The position numbers and the translations under genes were made by a program. Below are positions 9,963 to 18,220 of a stretch of 57,508 nt of DNA, piece after piece (position 1 is the stretch's first letter; each line of letters starts with the position of its first letter). The notes under the pieces are model-generated. The model saw only the letters and a list, made by a program, of their open reading frames with translations. It was not told where the DNA came from and made no database searches. Origin of the DNA: a virus (taxonomy: Duplodnaviria; Caudoviricetes); IMG/VR virus record IMGVR_UViG_3300020034_000016, positions 1-57,508 of that record; one strand, 5' to 3'.

Positions 9963-10460
9963 CTAATCGGCGTCTTCCAATTCAATACCCAACGCCACGC
10001 GGCAATATTCCTTAACATCATTGCTCACGTAATTATTGGACTCGTATATTAATTGTAACTGCGTCTCGGTGCATTCGTCAAGCCTCAGCACTGTAGTCGT
10101 GTCATATTCGTTATCTATGTTGATCTCGCCGGTATCGTCGTTATCATAGTCAAGTCCAACGGGGTTGCCTGTAGCGGTTGTATATATTTCTTTACCGAGA
10201 TCGAAGCCCCATTTGATCAGTCTATCATACGCCGCGTTGCCCTTACTGGCATCCAGGATCAGATCACGGAGATTTTCTCTGTCGCCAACCCTGTTAAGCA
10301 GGTCGGAGATATTTTCGAAGCTCACAAAAAGATCGTCTGTGTAGTCTGATATGGGTGTATCCATATCAACGTAAGTAACATGCCCTCCATTGTAGAAGCG
10401 TCCGCCCTTGCCCGTGTGGAAGGTAACGAGCGTTTTTTCGGTTGTGTTGTACTTTTTCAT
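9963..10460 (-). CDS. Hypothetical acidic protein
   Basis: 165-aa ORF with A-rich initiation region. Confidence 0.7.
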   Translation of the reverse strand: MKKYNTTEKTLVTFHTGKGGRFYNGGHVTYVDMDTPISDYTDDLFVSFENISDLLNRVGDRENLRDLILDASKGNAAYDRLIKWGFDLGKEIYTTATGNPVGLDYDNDDTGEINIDNEYDTTTVLRLDECTETQLQLIYESNNYVSNDVKEYCRVALGIELEDAD

Positions 10461-10531
10461 CTTAGTAGATTTTTTTTGCCGCCAATGCCCCGCGCCGGTA
10501 ATGGTCGCAGGGCTGACGTTGTCGGGTAATA

Positions 10532-10801
10532 TTATTCAAAGATGAATCCTCTGAATGTGAAGGGCGTCATCATGCTTTTAGTTACATTCAAAAACTTATC
10601 GACTGATACCGTTAGAGCGGAAACGGGAATAACGTAATACGTTTCATCCATGTGCAGCATCGCGCCCTTCACCGTGCGAACCTCTAGCGTCGGGATAATG
10701 GTATTATTCACCGATTGCAGCACGTGAGCCTTTAACATCTTAACAGCAACTTGAGGAAGGGCATTACCGGTTGATACTGTATGTCTATTAGTGGTTGTCA
10801 T
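10532..10801 (-). CDS. Hypothetical protein
   Basis: Likely start MTTTNRH after an A-rich leader and a TATATTTA -7-like box. Confidence 0.6.
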   Translation of the reverse strand: MTTTNRHTVSTGNALPQVAVKMLKAHVLQSVNNTIIPTLEVRTVKGAMLHMDETYYVIPVSALTVSVDKFLNVTKSMMTPFTFRGFIFE

Positions 10802-10949
10802 GTTGTTTGTTTGTGATGTAAATATAAGGCGAATCACAACAATATCCAAGCAATTCACAACATTCTTTTTGAACATTGTTGCAAATAAGCCTTGCGGCCT
10901 GGGTTTCCACCCGGTCTTTTTTATTTAAAATACTTTCAAAATAAATCAT

Positions 10950-10986
10950 AAAATGTTTGCTATTAGCAAACATTTTCATATCTTTG
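10950..10986 (+). promoter_or_regulatory. Bacteroidota promoter overlapped by a perfect 13-bp-arm palindrome (operator)
   Basis: TTTG (10956-59), 19-bp spacer, TATCTTTG (10979-86); palindrome AAAATGTTTGCTA-T-TAGCAAACATTTT at 10950-10976. Confidence 0.8.
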
Positions 10987-11036
10987 AAGGGTCAACAGAT
11001 CTTTGATAAACGAAAGCGGTAGGCCCCGCGATAGAA

Positions 11037-11384
11037 ATGCCACCAATGATTATGGATCACGTAATAATCAAAATGGGTGAACTCCTTGCTGAGTTCCCTG
11101 ACGGTTACACTCTCGCTCTTTCCTCCTTTGAACTGGTAAAAAAAGGATGGGTAGTTCCCCTGAAAGATGCGCAGAATTTCACGGGTGAAACCGGACTACC
11201 AGAAGCCTTGGTAGTGGCGTCCAGAACTACCAGAACGATCAGCGGGTGGAAAGAAGGTGATCTTTTGTTTTGGGATGTTGTGATGGTCTTCGATGATGAA
11301 GAGGTTGCAACGTTCGCAGCCCGGAAAACGGGAACAATGATGATCTACCAGATCGAAACCGGCCGAGTGAAATGGTTAAACTAA
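11037..11384 (+). CDS. Hypothetical protein, first gene of a two-gene unit
   Basis: ORF directly downstream of the promoter/operator; exact start uncertain. Confidence 0.7.
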   Translation: MPPMIMDHVIIKMGELLAEFPDGYTLALSSFELVKKGWVVPLKDAQNFTGETGLPEALVVASRTTRTISGWKEGDLLFWDVVMVFDDEEVATFAARKTGTMMIYQIETGRVKWLN

Positions 11385-11389
11385 AGAAG

Positions 11390-11408
11390 GGGGCGAAAGC
11401 CCCTTTTT
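11390..11408 (+). terminator. Terminator/attenuator hairpin
   Basis: GGGGC-GAAA-GCCCC followed by TTTTT. Confidence 0.55.
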
Positions 11409-11421
11409 AAAAAATTCTATT

Positions 11422-11907
11422 ATGTCAGAAATTAAAAATCTTCACCTGCTCGAGGATACAACATTTGAGCAGAGTAACGCAATGGAGCAGGCTGCGCTCT
11501 TACACCGCCGGCATGGGGGTATTGTATTCAAGATACTGGAGTATTCGCCAAAGAAAGTGATCATCCAGGTGGCGCAGGAACGGCATGCGGCCGGGAATTA
11601 TCAGTCAGCAAAACGGCTGATCGAAATTGTACACGAGACGTTTGATCGTTTCTTCAAGGATGCGAAGGTCATTCCCCGGCCAATTGTATTCGAGGTAAGT
11701 CCAGCCAATAAGGTTACTTCAGAATGGATCAACAAGAAGATGCTCACGATAGGCGTCAGGCTCAAGGAAATTGCTGCCGATACCGGCATAGAATATTCAC
11801 AGCTAAGTGGCCTGGTGACCGGCAATAAGCCGTTATCGCAGACCGTCAAGGCCATGTTCTACTTCTACTTCCTCAGCAAAGGTGAAGTCGTGGAGAAGAA
11901 CGCGTAG
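11422..11907 (+). CDS. Protein with C-terminal XRE-type HTH
   Basis: C-terminal LKEIAADTGIEYSQLSGLVTGNKPLS. Confidence 0.75.
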   Translation: MSEIKNLHLLEDTTFEQSNAMEQAALLHRRHGGIVFKILEYSPKKVIIQVAQERHAAGNYQSAKRLIEIVHETFDRFFKDAKVIPRPIVFEVSPANKVTSEWINKKMLTIGVRLKEIAADTGIEYSQLSGLVTGNKPLSQTVKAMFYFYFLSKGEVVEKNA

Positions 11908-11950
11908 CGTTGATTGCCTTCACCATATCGAATTCGCAAGACTCATATCC

Positions 11951-11977
11951 AAAGCTGGAGGTTACCCTCCGGCTTTT
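11951..11977 (+). terminator. Rho-independent terminator
   Basis: AAAGCTGGAGG-TTAC-CCTCCGGCTTTT. Confidence 0.65.
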
Positions 11978-12066
11978 CTATTTCAAGTAGTTACACATTT
12001 AATTGGGCAAGTCGAAGAATTTGTACTAAAATTGCTAAAGGAATTAGTACTAAAATCATCCGGTTT

Positions 12067-12855
12067 ATGTGTTACTACAATGGCATGCGGGTTACCAGGG
12101 ATCAGTTCATCCGCCTCATAGGTATCGAGCGGGAGCTGAAAGGCATGAACCTGGTGCGTCCTGTCGCCAACGGGTTTGATTACCGAAGCTGGCCGATCGT
12201 CCGCCCAACAGCGGATCGCAAAAGTTTTACTGTGAAGGAGGCGCATTGGGAATTTATCCCTGAATACATCGAGGACGATATACAATTAAAAGAAGCCCGA
12301 AAGCATCAGACCTGGCTGAACGCCAAAGGAGAGAATCTTTGGGTCAACGAGAAGGGGAAACTTTCTATGTGGTCAGAGGCTGCGGAGGCTCGGCGTTGTC
12401 TTGTACTCAGCTCTCATTTTTTTGAATTCAGGCATGTTCCAGTTATCGGTAATAAGGGGCAGCCACTCAAGAAAACTGAGTCGATCCCTTATTGCATTAC
12501 TCTGCGCGACAGGCCGGAGTATTTCTTTATGGCCGGTATCTGGCGGACCTGGACGAATCATGCGAGAGGTCAATCGGCAGATACATTCGCGATCGTAACT
12601 GCACCGGCTAACGAATTCATGGCGGAGATCCACAATACCAAAAAACGTATGCCAGTGATCATGGATGAAGACCAGGCGGCAGCATGGCTAAAGCATGGTC
12701 AGTCCCGGAAAATAATTACAGAGCTGGCCACTACGCCCTACGATCCCGCGAAGATGATCGCCTGGACAGTGGCCAAAGATTTCAAGAACAAGGAAAACCC
12801 GGAGGAGCCCTTTCATTACTCACACGTAGCACCGATCGAATATGCACCAAACTAA
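12067..12855 (+). CDS. SOS response-associated peptidase (SRAP/HMCES/YedK family, abasic-site binding)
   Basis: Start at ATG12067 gives MCYYNG (catalytic Cys2); motifs NAKGE, RRCLV, FFEF, MAGIW, IHNTKKRMPVI. Confidence 0.9.
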   Translation: MCYYNGMRVTRDQFIRLIGIERELKGMNLVRPVANGFDYRSWPIVRPTADRKSFTVKEAHWEFIPEYIEDDIQLKEARKHQTWLNAKGENLWVNEKGKLSMWSEAAEARRCLVLSSHFFEFRHVPVIGNKGQPLKKTESIPYCITLRDRPEYFFMAGIWRTWTNHARGQSADTFAIVTAPANEFMAEIHNTKKRMPVIMDEDQAAAWLKHGQSRKIITELATTPYDPAKMIAWTVAKDFKNKENPEEPFHYSHVAPIEYAPN

Positions 12856-13165
12856 GATCTTCTATATCATTATTGATCCGATCCGGTCCAAAAAGATCAG
12901 GTTGAAGGTCGATCACTATTATTCCAGTGCGGAGTCGGAGAAGTTTCGCGTCTATGGTAACAGTGGGCGGTATGTCGATCTGGAAAAACGGCTTACGTCA
13001 AAACAGGATCCCTGGAAGGTACTCACCGTGCAATCGGAAGTGTCCGATATCAAGAAGACCACTTTTGCTGTTGCATGTATGCAGGACGAGATAGACTTTT
13101 ACCTTAATGATCAGGTATGGAAATCTCAGCGTCCCTGTAACCCTCGACCTGAATTGCATAATTAA
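12842..13165 (+). CDS. Hypothetical protein
   Basis: Overlaps the SRAP stop; resembles the next ORF. Confidence 0.6.
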   Translation: MHQTKIFYIIIDPIRSKKIRLKVDHYYSSAESEKFRVYGNSGRYVDLEKRLTSKQDPWKVLTVQSEVSDIKKTTFAVACMQDEIDFYLNDQVWKSQRPCNPRPELHN

Positions 13166-13171
13166 TTTCCG

Positions 13172-13441
13172 ATGCCATCTCTCATTAAGTTTTATGCGAA
13201 GTTCAGCTTCTGGCCTATGGCGCCGGCAAGAATATACATCGAAGAGATCCCCAACTTTGAAGGGGTTCGGCGGTTTAAGATTATAGGAAAGAACCGGCAC
13301 GTGATCCTGGAAAAGAACCCGCGCCGGATCCCTTATCCCTGGTGTGTCGTCGAAGGATACTTTATCGAAGGGTTTATGCGCACTGTTGCTCTGGAAATTG
13401 ACAAACAAATAGCAGAAGAATCAGCCCCGGATCAGGCGTGA
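13172..13441 (+). CDS. Hypothetical protein, possible paralog of 12842..13165
   Basis: Shares an F(R/K)xxG..R.V.LEK...PW pattern with the previous ORF. Confidence 0.55.
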   Translation: MPSLIKFYAKFSFWPMAPARIYIEEIPNFEGVRRFKIIGKNRHVILEKNPRRIPYPWCVVEGYFIEGFMRTVALEIDKQIAEESAPDQA

Positions 13442-13456
13442 AATAGCAATTTAAAA

Positions 13457-13711
13457 ATGAGTAAATTGCTTATCCAACTTAATCAGATGACAGAAGCGCT
13501 TTTCAGTGTAGTATTCGAAGATCAGCAAATCATCGTTCATGCCGATATCAGGGATGATCGCACCCGGTACCGGATAGACTGGCCGGATGGCAGCCATGAC
13601 TGGCTCTATTTCGAAGGGGATGTCTGGCATGCAGAAACAACGATGCCGGCAGCGAAAATAAATTCCATCGCTACAATGATCGATAATCATCTTAATAATT
13701 CCAGCGTATGA
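13457..13711 (+). CDS. Hypothetical protein
   Basis: 84-aa ORF with ATGA coupling to the next gene. Confidence 0.55.
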   Translation: MSKLLIQLNQMTEALFSVVFEDQQIIVHADIRDDRTRYRIDWPDGSHDWLYFEGDVWHAETTMPAAKINSIATMIDNHLNNSSV

Positions 13712-14010
13712 GTAGTATATATGCGAAACAACAGGCAGGCAAAATTATTGACTTATTCGAATCCAAAACAGATCCGGTGATGCTGCTTGGACTAAGTAAT
13801 GAAATATTAAGAACAATTACGCTCATCGAGGTGAACGCTCTGGACTACGACCTTGTCACCACCTGGCGTGGCAATTACATGAATGCCGCGGCGATGGGTT
13901 CTTTTCTTCGTCCAAAACATGATCCTCAATACGGCAGAGATACCACCAGATTCACAGAAGAGTTGAAAGCCATTTGCAATAAAATTATCCAGGCTGACAG
14001 TGAATTCTGA
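13708..14010 (+). CDS. Hypothetical protein
   Basis: 100-aa ORF. Confidence 0.55.
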   Translation: MSSIYAKQQAGKIIDLFESKTDPVMLLGLSNEILRTITLIEVNALDYDLVTTWRGNYMNAAAMGSFLRPKHDPQYGRDTTRFTEELKAICNKIIQADSEF

Positions 14011-14026
14011 TCTTCCAGTGTCGTTA

Positions 14027-14059
14027 TTTGTGACATAATGTATCTTTTCACTACTTTTG
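14027..14059 (+). promoter_or_regulatory. Promoter of the glycan-modification operon, with shared motif TGACATAATGTATC in the spacer
   Basis: TTTG 14027-30, TACTTTTG 14052-59; motif at 14031-44 is the exact reverse complement of 46440-53. Confidence 0.75.
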
Positions 14060-14074
14060 ATTTTCTTCAAAAGT

Positions 14075-14614
14075 ATGCAGGTACATATTTCCATCCCATA
14101 CAGAACTGACAAAAACCTCGGCAAGGCTTATAACGAGGCCATGGCCAGGATCCCGGATGGAGATGCCGCCTGCTTCATTGACTACGACGTTCAATTACTC
14201 ACCCCGGATGCAGGCGCCATCATCCAGAAGTATGCGGAGATCTATCCTGATGCGCTCCTCACCTGCTACACGAATCGCATTTCACCGTTGAGTGCTCGCC
14301 AGCTGCTACTCGGTATAGTGTCTGAGGACCCTGACATTCGTAACCATATACGGTTAGCCGAGTGTCAGCGAAACCTTAACGCATACAACGTCACTCCCAT
14401 CATCCGCGATATCTCTGGATTCCTGATGGTCATACCTAAATCCCTTTGGCAGGAACACCCTTTCGATGACAATGGCGCCTGCCTGGGCGTCGACACCTAT
14501 TACGGCCGGAAGATCCGTGCTGCAGGAAAACAGATCCTCCGGATGGACGCCTTGTATGTTTTTCACGCCTATCGCCTCCTCCAGGGCATCGGCAATAAAA
14601 CCCACCTGTTATGA
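14075..14614 (+). CDS. GT-A fold glycosyltransferase
   Basis: NLGKAYNEAM, CFIDYD (DxD), ISGFLMVI, GVD, YVFHAYR. Confidence 0.72.
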   Translation: MQVHISIPYRTDKNLGKAYNEAMARIPDGDAACFIDYDVQLLTPDAGAIIQKYAEIYPDALLTCYTNRISPLSARQLLLGIVSEDPDIRNHIRLAECQRNLNAYNVTPIIRDISGFLMVIPKSLWQEHPFDDNGACLGVDTYYGRKIRAAGKQILRMDALYVFHAYRLLQGIGNKTHLL

Positions 14615-15252
14615 TCCCCTGCTTAATGATCACATATAATCGTCTCGAGTATACCAAACGAGCATTGGCGGCGGCGCTCGAATCGGATTTTGACAAAGTG
14701 ATAGTGATTGACAATGGTTCCACGGATGATACCGTTGACTGGCTGCAACGTCAAGATCATCCTAAATTATTTGTCAAGTTCCATAATGGAGAATCTTCTA
14801 CGATCGCCTCGGCTATGAACCGCTTCTTATACATCACCCAAAGATGCCACGTAGTAGGCAAGGTTGATAACGATACAATAATTCCGAACAATTTTGTGAA
14901 TAGGATGATCAGTGGTCTGCAGGTAGCTGACATCGTCCAAGCCAAACATCCGATTCTCAAGGCGACTCATCCGGATGGATTCGATGCCTGGGTAAAGACG
15001 ATGCCCAGCCAGGGATGCGTCCGATTCAATCACTTTGTCGGTGGATCCGGAATCCTTTTCAAAAGAGATATCATCGATGAAGTGCCGGAGACTGATTGGG
15101 CGCTCGGTGGGTGGAGGGAATTTCAACGGCGGAAACCACTGCTGAAGAAAGCCTTTGTCACGGATGTTGAGATTCAGCTGCTCGATACTGATGAGAACGG
15201 CGCGGACTATTCAAAATATCCAGAATACTATACAGAAACACGACGCTTATGA
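14611..15252 (+). CDS. Glycosyltransferase family 2
   Basis: ITYNRLEYTKRAL, VIDNGSTD, KVDND (DxD). Confidence 0.88.
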   Translation: MIPCLMITYNRLEYTKRALAAALESDFDKVIVIDNGSTDDTVDWLQRQDHPKLFVKFHNGESSTIASAMNRFLYITQRCHVVGKVDNDTIIPNNFVNRMISGLQVADIVQAKHPILKATHPDGFDAWVKTMPSQGCVRFNHFVGGSGILFKRDIIDEVPETDWALGGWREFQRRKPLLKKAFVTDVEIQLLDTDENGADYSKYPEYYTETRRL

Positions 15253-15821
15253 TCACAAACGATAAAAGCATCACCACTCCTGAATATTGGAACAACGTGT
15301 ATGCCGGTAAGAATGACAATGCTGTGGTCGACGCCAGCAATACCGTACGGCCGCCCAATCCCTTTGATCGCTTCGGATGGGTCGCACAATATGCGGAAGG
15401 CCCATGTGTTTACGGCGTTGCGTCGGGGCATGCTCACATTGAGAAGAGAATACAGGCGCTACACCCTGACTGGATCGTCATCGCGAGTGATCAATCCGTT
15501 GAGGCCAGGAAAGTGGCCAATTTTGGGCGATATCAAATTGCCGATGCCTACGCTATCAATGCCCTCAATAAGAGTTTCAATACGATCATCTGTTGTCAGG
15601 CTATGGAATACCTGAAGGAACAGGAGAGGTTCCTGCTCGAGGCGCAGCGGGTTGCCTGCAAGCTGATCATCACCGTACCGATCGGTGAAATGAAAAAATG
15701 GTCGCAGCTACGCATTTATACTGAGCAAAATGTCCGCCAGCTGCTGGAGCCCTATGGCCTGATCGAGATTTTCGAACGGCATGAGGATCTTCTTTTAGTT
15801 AAAGTGAAATTCCATGATTGA
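15249..15821 (+). CDS. Class I SAM-dependent methyltransferase
   Basis: Degenerate motif I (GVASGHA), IASDQS, ADAY, SFNTIICCQAMEYL, LIITVP. Confidence 0.75.
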   Translation: MITNDKSITTPEYWNNVYAGKNDNAVVDASNTVRPPNPFDRFGWVAQYAEGPCVYGVASGHAHIEKRIQALHPDWIVIASDQSVEARKVANFGRYQIADAYAINALNKSFNTIICCQAMEYLKEQERFLLEAQRVACKLIITVPIGEMKKWSQLRIYTEQNVRQLLEPYGLIEIFERHEDLLLVKVKFHD

Positions 15822-16440
15822 ATTTGTCACCGCATCACATGATCGTGAGGTCCTTCAAAAGAACCTGCTTTCCTCACCCGTTATAGAGAAATACGGCGTA
15901 GTTGTACAGGAAAACTATACGAATGTGTCGAAAGCCTATAATGAGGCCAGAATTACAGAGGAGATTGTAGCTTATATACATCACGATGTACTTCTCCCGA
16001 GATCGTTTGAATGGCAGCTCAAACTGTCCTTGAAATGGATAGACAAACTGGACCGGGATTGGGCTGTTTTGGGAGTTGCCGGCGTGAAGCTTAAGGATGG
16101 CAAGCGAACCATCCATGGGAATATCCTCGATCGCGGCCGCGAGTGGGGCTCTCAACTTGAAATTCCTACAGAAGTCGACACCCTCGACGAACTACTGCTG
16201 ATCACAAAAGGCGATTTCAAGTTCGACGAGCAGTTGGACCTGCATTTCTACGGTGCCGACATCTGCATGCAGGCCCGTGCTCAAGGACGAAAGAACTATG
16301 CCATCCAGGCCTTCTGCCACCACAACTCGACACTGGCGATCGGCCACAGATCCGAAAGCTTTAAACGCTGCGGCCAGTACTTCCGGGAAAAATGGATCAA
16401 TCAACTACCTATTGCCACGACATGCATCATTCTCAGCTGA
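15814..16440 (+). CDS. Glycosyltransferase (GT2-like)
   Basis: SKAYNEA, YIHHDV, LGVAG, VDTLDE, HFYGADIC. Confidence 0.82.
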   Translation: MIEFVTASHDREVLQKNLLSSPVIEKYGVVVQENYTNVSKAYNEARITEEIVAYIHHDVLLPRSFEWQLKLSLKWIDKLDRDWAVLGVAGVKLKDGKRTIHGNILDRGREWGSQLEIPTEVDTLDELLLITKGDFKFDEQLDLHFYGADICMQARAQGRKNYAIQAFCHHNSTLAIGHRSESFKRCGQYFREKWINQLPIATTCIILS

Positions 16441-16928
16441 TCATATTGTCTTATCACCGCTTCGTTGAGGAAGAGTCGGATTACCGGTTTTCCCGCACCT
16501 ACCACCAATTCAGCCACGATATCCGCAAGAAGGTATATGACTGGATTACCATCGATGATGGGATGATCTGCCAGCTTAGGGCCTGTGAGATGCTCCGGGT
16601 GCATAATGTCCGGGCAAAACTCTTTATCTGTACTTCCCTGGTTGGAACGAAAGGATACTGCAGCTGGGATGAACTGAGGGCGCTTTCTGAATATCACGAC
16701 ATCGAGAACCACAGCTTTTCACACAGACGACATGATCTGCTGCTTGATCAAACTGTATACACTTTTATTAACGCGGCGCAAATTCAGATCCAGCAAGAGA
16801 TCGGAAAAGCATCACGGTACTTCGTAGCGCCATATAATACCTACAACCCACGAGTCGAGAAAATAGCGGAAGATCTCGGATTGATTATTCTGAAGGACCG
16901 CGTCAACATTTTAAATATCAGTAAATGA
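16422..16928 (+). CDS. Polysaccharide deacetylase (CE4/NodB)
   Basis: ILSYH, ITIDDG, ENHSFSH, FVAPY; start uncertain (16392 or 16422). Confidence 0.85.
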   Translation: MHHSQLIILSYHRFVEEESDYRFSRTYHQFSHDIRKKVYDWITIDDGMICQLRACEMLRVHNVRAKLFICTSLVGTKGYCSWDELRALSEYHDIENHSFSHRRHDLLLDQTVYTFINAAQIQIQQEIGKASRYFVAPYNTYNPRVEKIAEDLGLIILKDRVNILNISK

Positions 16929-17521
16929 CACATCACAGTGAACTTCTCAACCGCCTGATCGCCGCCCATGGATACAAGTCGTACCTGGAGATCGGCACCT
17001 TTAACCGGTCCCACAACTTTGATAAGATCAATGCCGAGATAAAGGAATGTGTGGATCCGGATCCCGTGGCCAACGCGACCTATCAATGCACATCAGATTA
17101 TTTCTTCGAAACGATCAATAACCTAGACGCGGAAGATGGTGGAGGCCAGACATTCGACCTGATCTTTGTCGATGGGCTGCACCATGCCGAACAGGTAGAA
17201 AAGGATATCAAGAACGCATATGCTGCTTTGACTCCGCGAGGAATGATCGTCGTGCATGACAGCAATCCACCTACCGAGCAGACAACCTGTGTGCCCAGGG
17301 GATCGCAGCGCGAATGGTGTGGTGACGTGTACAAGGCTATTAGCAGGATCGTCTCACCGAAGCTCACGCTGGACTTCGACTATGGCTGCTGTGTGATCTT
17401 AAAGTCTTTCGACTTGAAATTCTCCGATAGAAGCGTGGACTGGAAGACATTTGACGCGAACCGGCGAGACCTACTCGGACTTGCTACTGTCGATGATGGT
17501 AGCCGTCAATTGGGAATATGA
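16925..17521 (+). CDS. Class I SAM-dependent methyltransferase (Methyltransf_24-like)
   Basis: SYLEIG, VDP, FDLIFVDGLH, GMIVVHD. Confidence 0.85.
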   Translation: MTHHSELLNRLIAAHGYKSYLEIGTFNRSHNFDKINAEIKECVDPDPVANATYQCTSDYFFETINNLDAEDGGGQTFDLIFVDGLHHAEQVEKDIKNAYAALTPRGMIVVHDSNPPTEQTTCVPRGSQREWCGDVYKAISRIVSPKLTLDFDYGCCVILKSFDLKFSDRSVDWKTFDANRRDLLGLATVDDGSRQLGI

Positions 17522-18213
17522 CGGACCTGGTCTATATCGTTGGGGCAACAGGAGCCTTGGATCACTTGGAGCTCCGTCATTCCATTCGGTCGATGCAACA
17601 ACATCTCACAGGAATCGGACAAATTGTTATTGTTGGCCACTGCCCAGCTGATCTAGAGGGCGTTTTACATATTCCCGCAGACGATGAAACAGCCGATCCC
17701 GCTAAGAACATTTACCGGAAGATCCTCAAAGCTTGCGAGGATCCTCGAGTGTCTGATCACTTTCTGTGCGCGAGTGATGATCATTTCCTGCTAAAGGATT
17801 TCGCTGCAGAGGAGTTTCCAAACTTCTACAGTGAGGATCTTCATGAATCTGCCGACTTTCAATCGAAAGAGAACTATTACAAAAAGCATCTGGAGAGTAC
17901 AATCGCAGCGCTGGAAGCTCAGGAGTTGCCCACGCTGAATTATAATGTCCACTGCCCGATTTTGTATTACAAATCGATGTTCCTGGAAGTGATGCCAGGT
18001 TATGAATGGAACGTGAAGCACGGGTACCTTTGCAAATCACTATACGCCAATACCCTTCGTCTGCAAGGGCGGAAGAACAAGGACCTGAAGTTCCACCATC
18101 CGAAAACCCTGGCCGCCATACACCGGTGGATCCGCGATAAACCTTTCTTTTCCACGAGCGACTTCGCCATGAACAACGAAATGAAAAGCTTTCTCGCTCA
18201 ATTATTCAGCTAA
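17518..18213 (+). CDS. Stealth-like sugar-phosphate transferase/GT-A protein
   Basis: DLVY, ELRHSIRSM, FLCASDDHFL, NVHCP resemble Stealth conserved regions. Confidence 0.6.
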   Translation: MTDLVYIVGATGALDHLELRHSIRSMQQHLTGIGQIVIVGHCPADLEGVLHIPADDETADPAKNIYRKILKACEDPRVSDHFLCASDDHFLLKDFAAEEFPNFYSEDLHESADFQSKENYYKKHLESTIAALEAQELPTLNYNVHCPILYYKSMFLEVMPGYEWNVKHGYLCKSLYANTLRLQGRKNKDLKFHHPKTLAAIHRWIRDKPFFSTSDFAMNNEMKSFLAQLFS

Positions 18214-18220
18214 AGACTCG

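Noticed and set aside
11914-12066. Upstream extension of the SRAP ORF
   Set aside because: It crosses a terminator, and SRAP needs Cys at position 2, which fixes the start at 12067.
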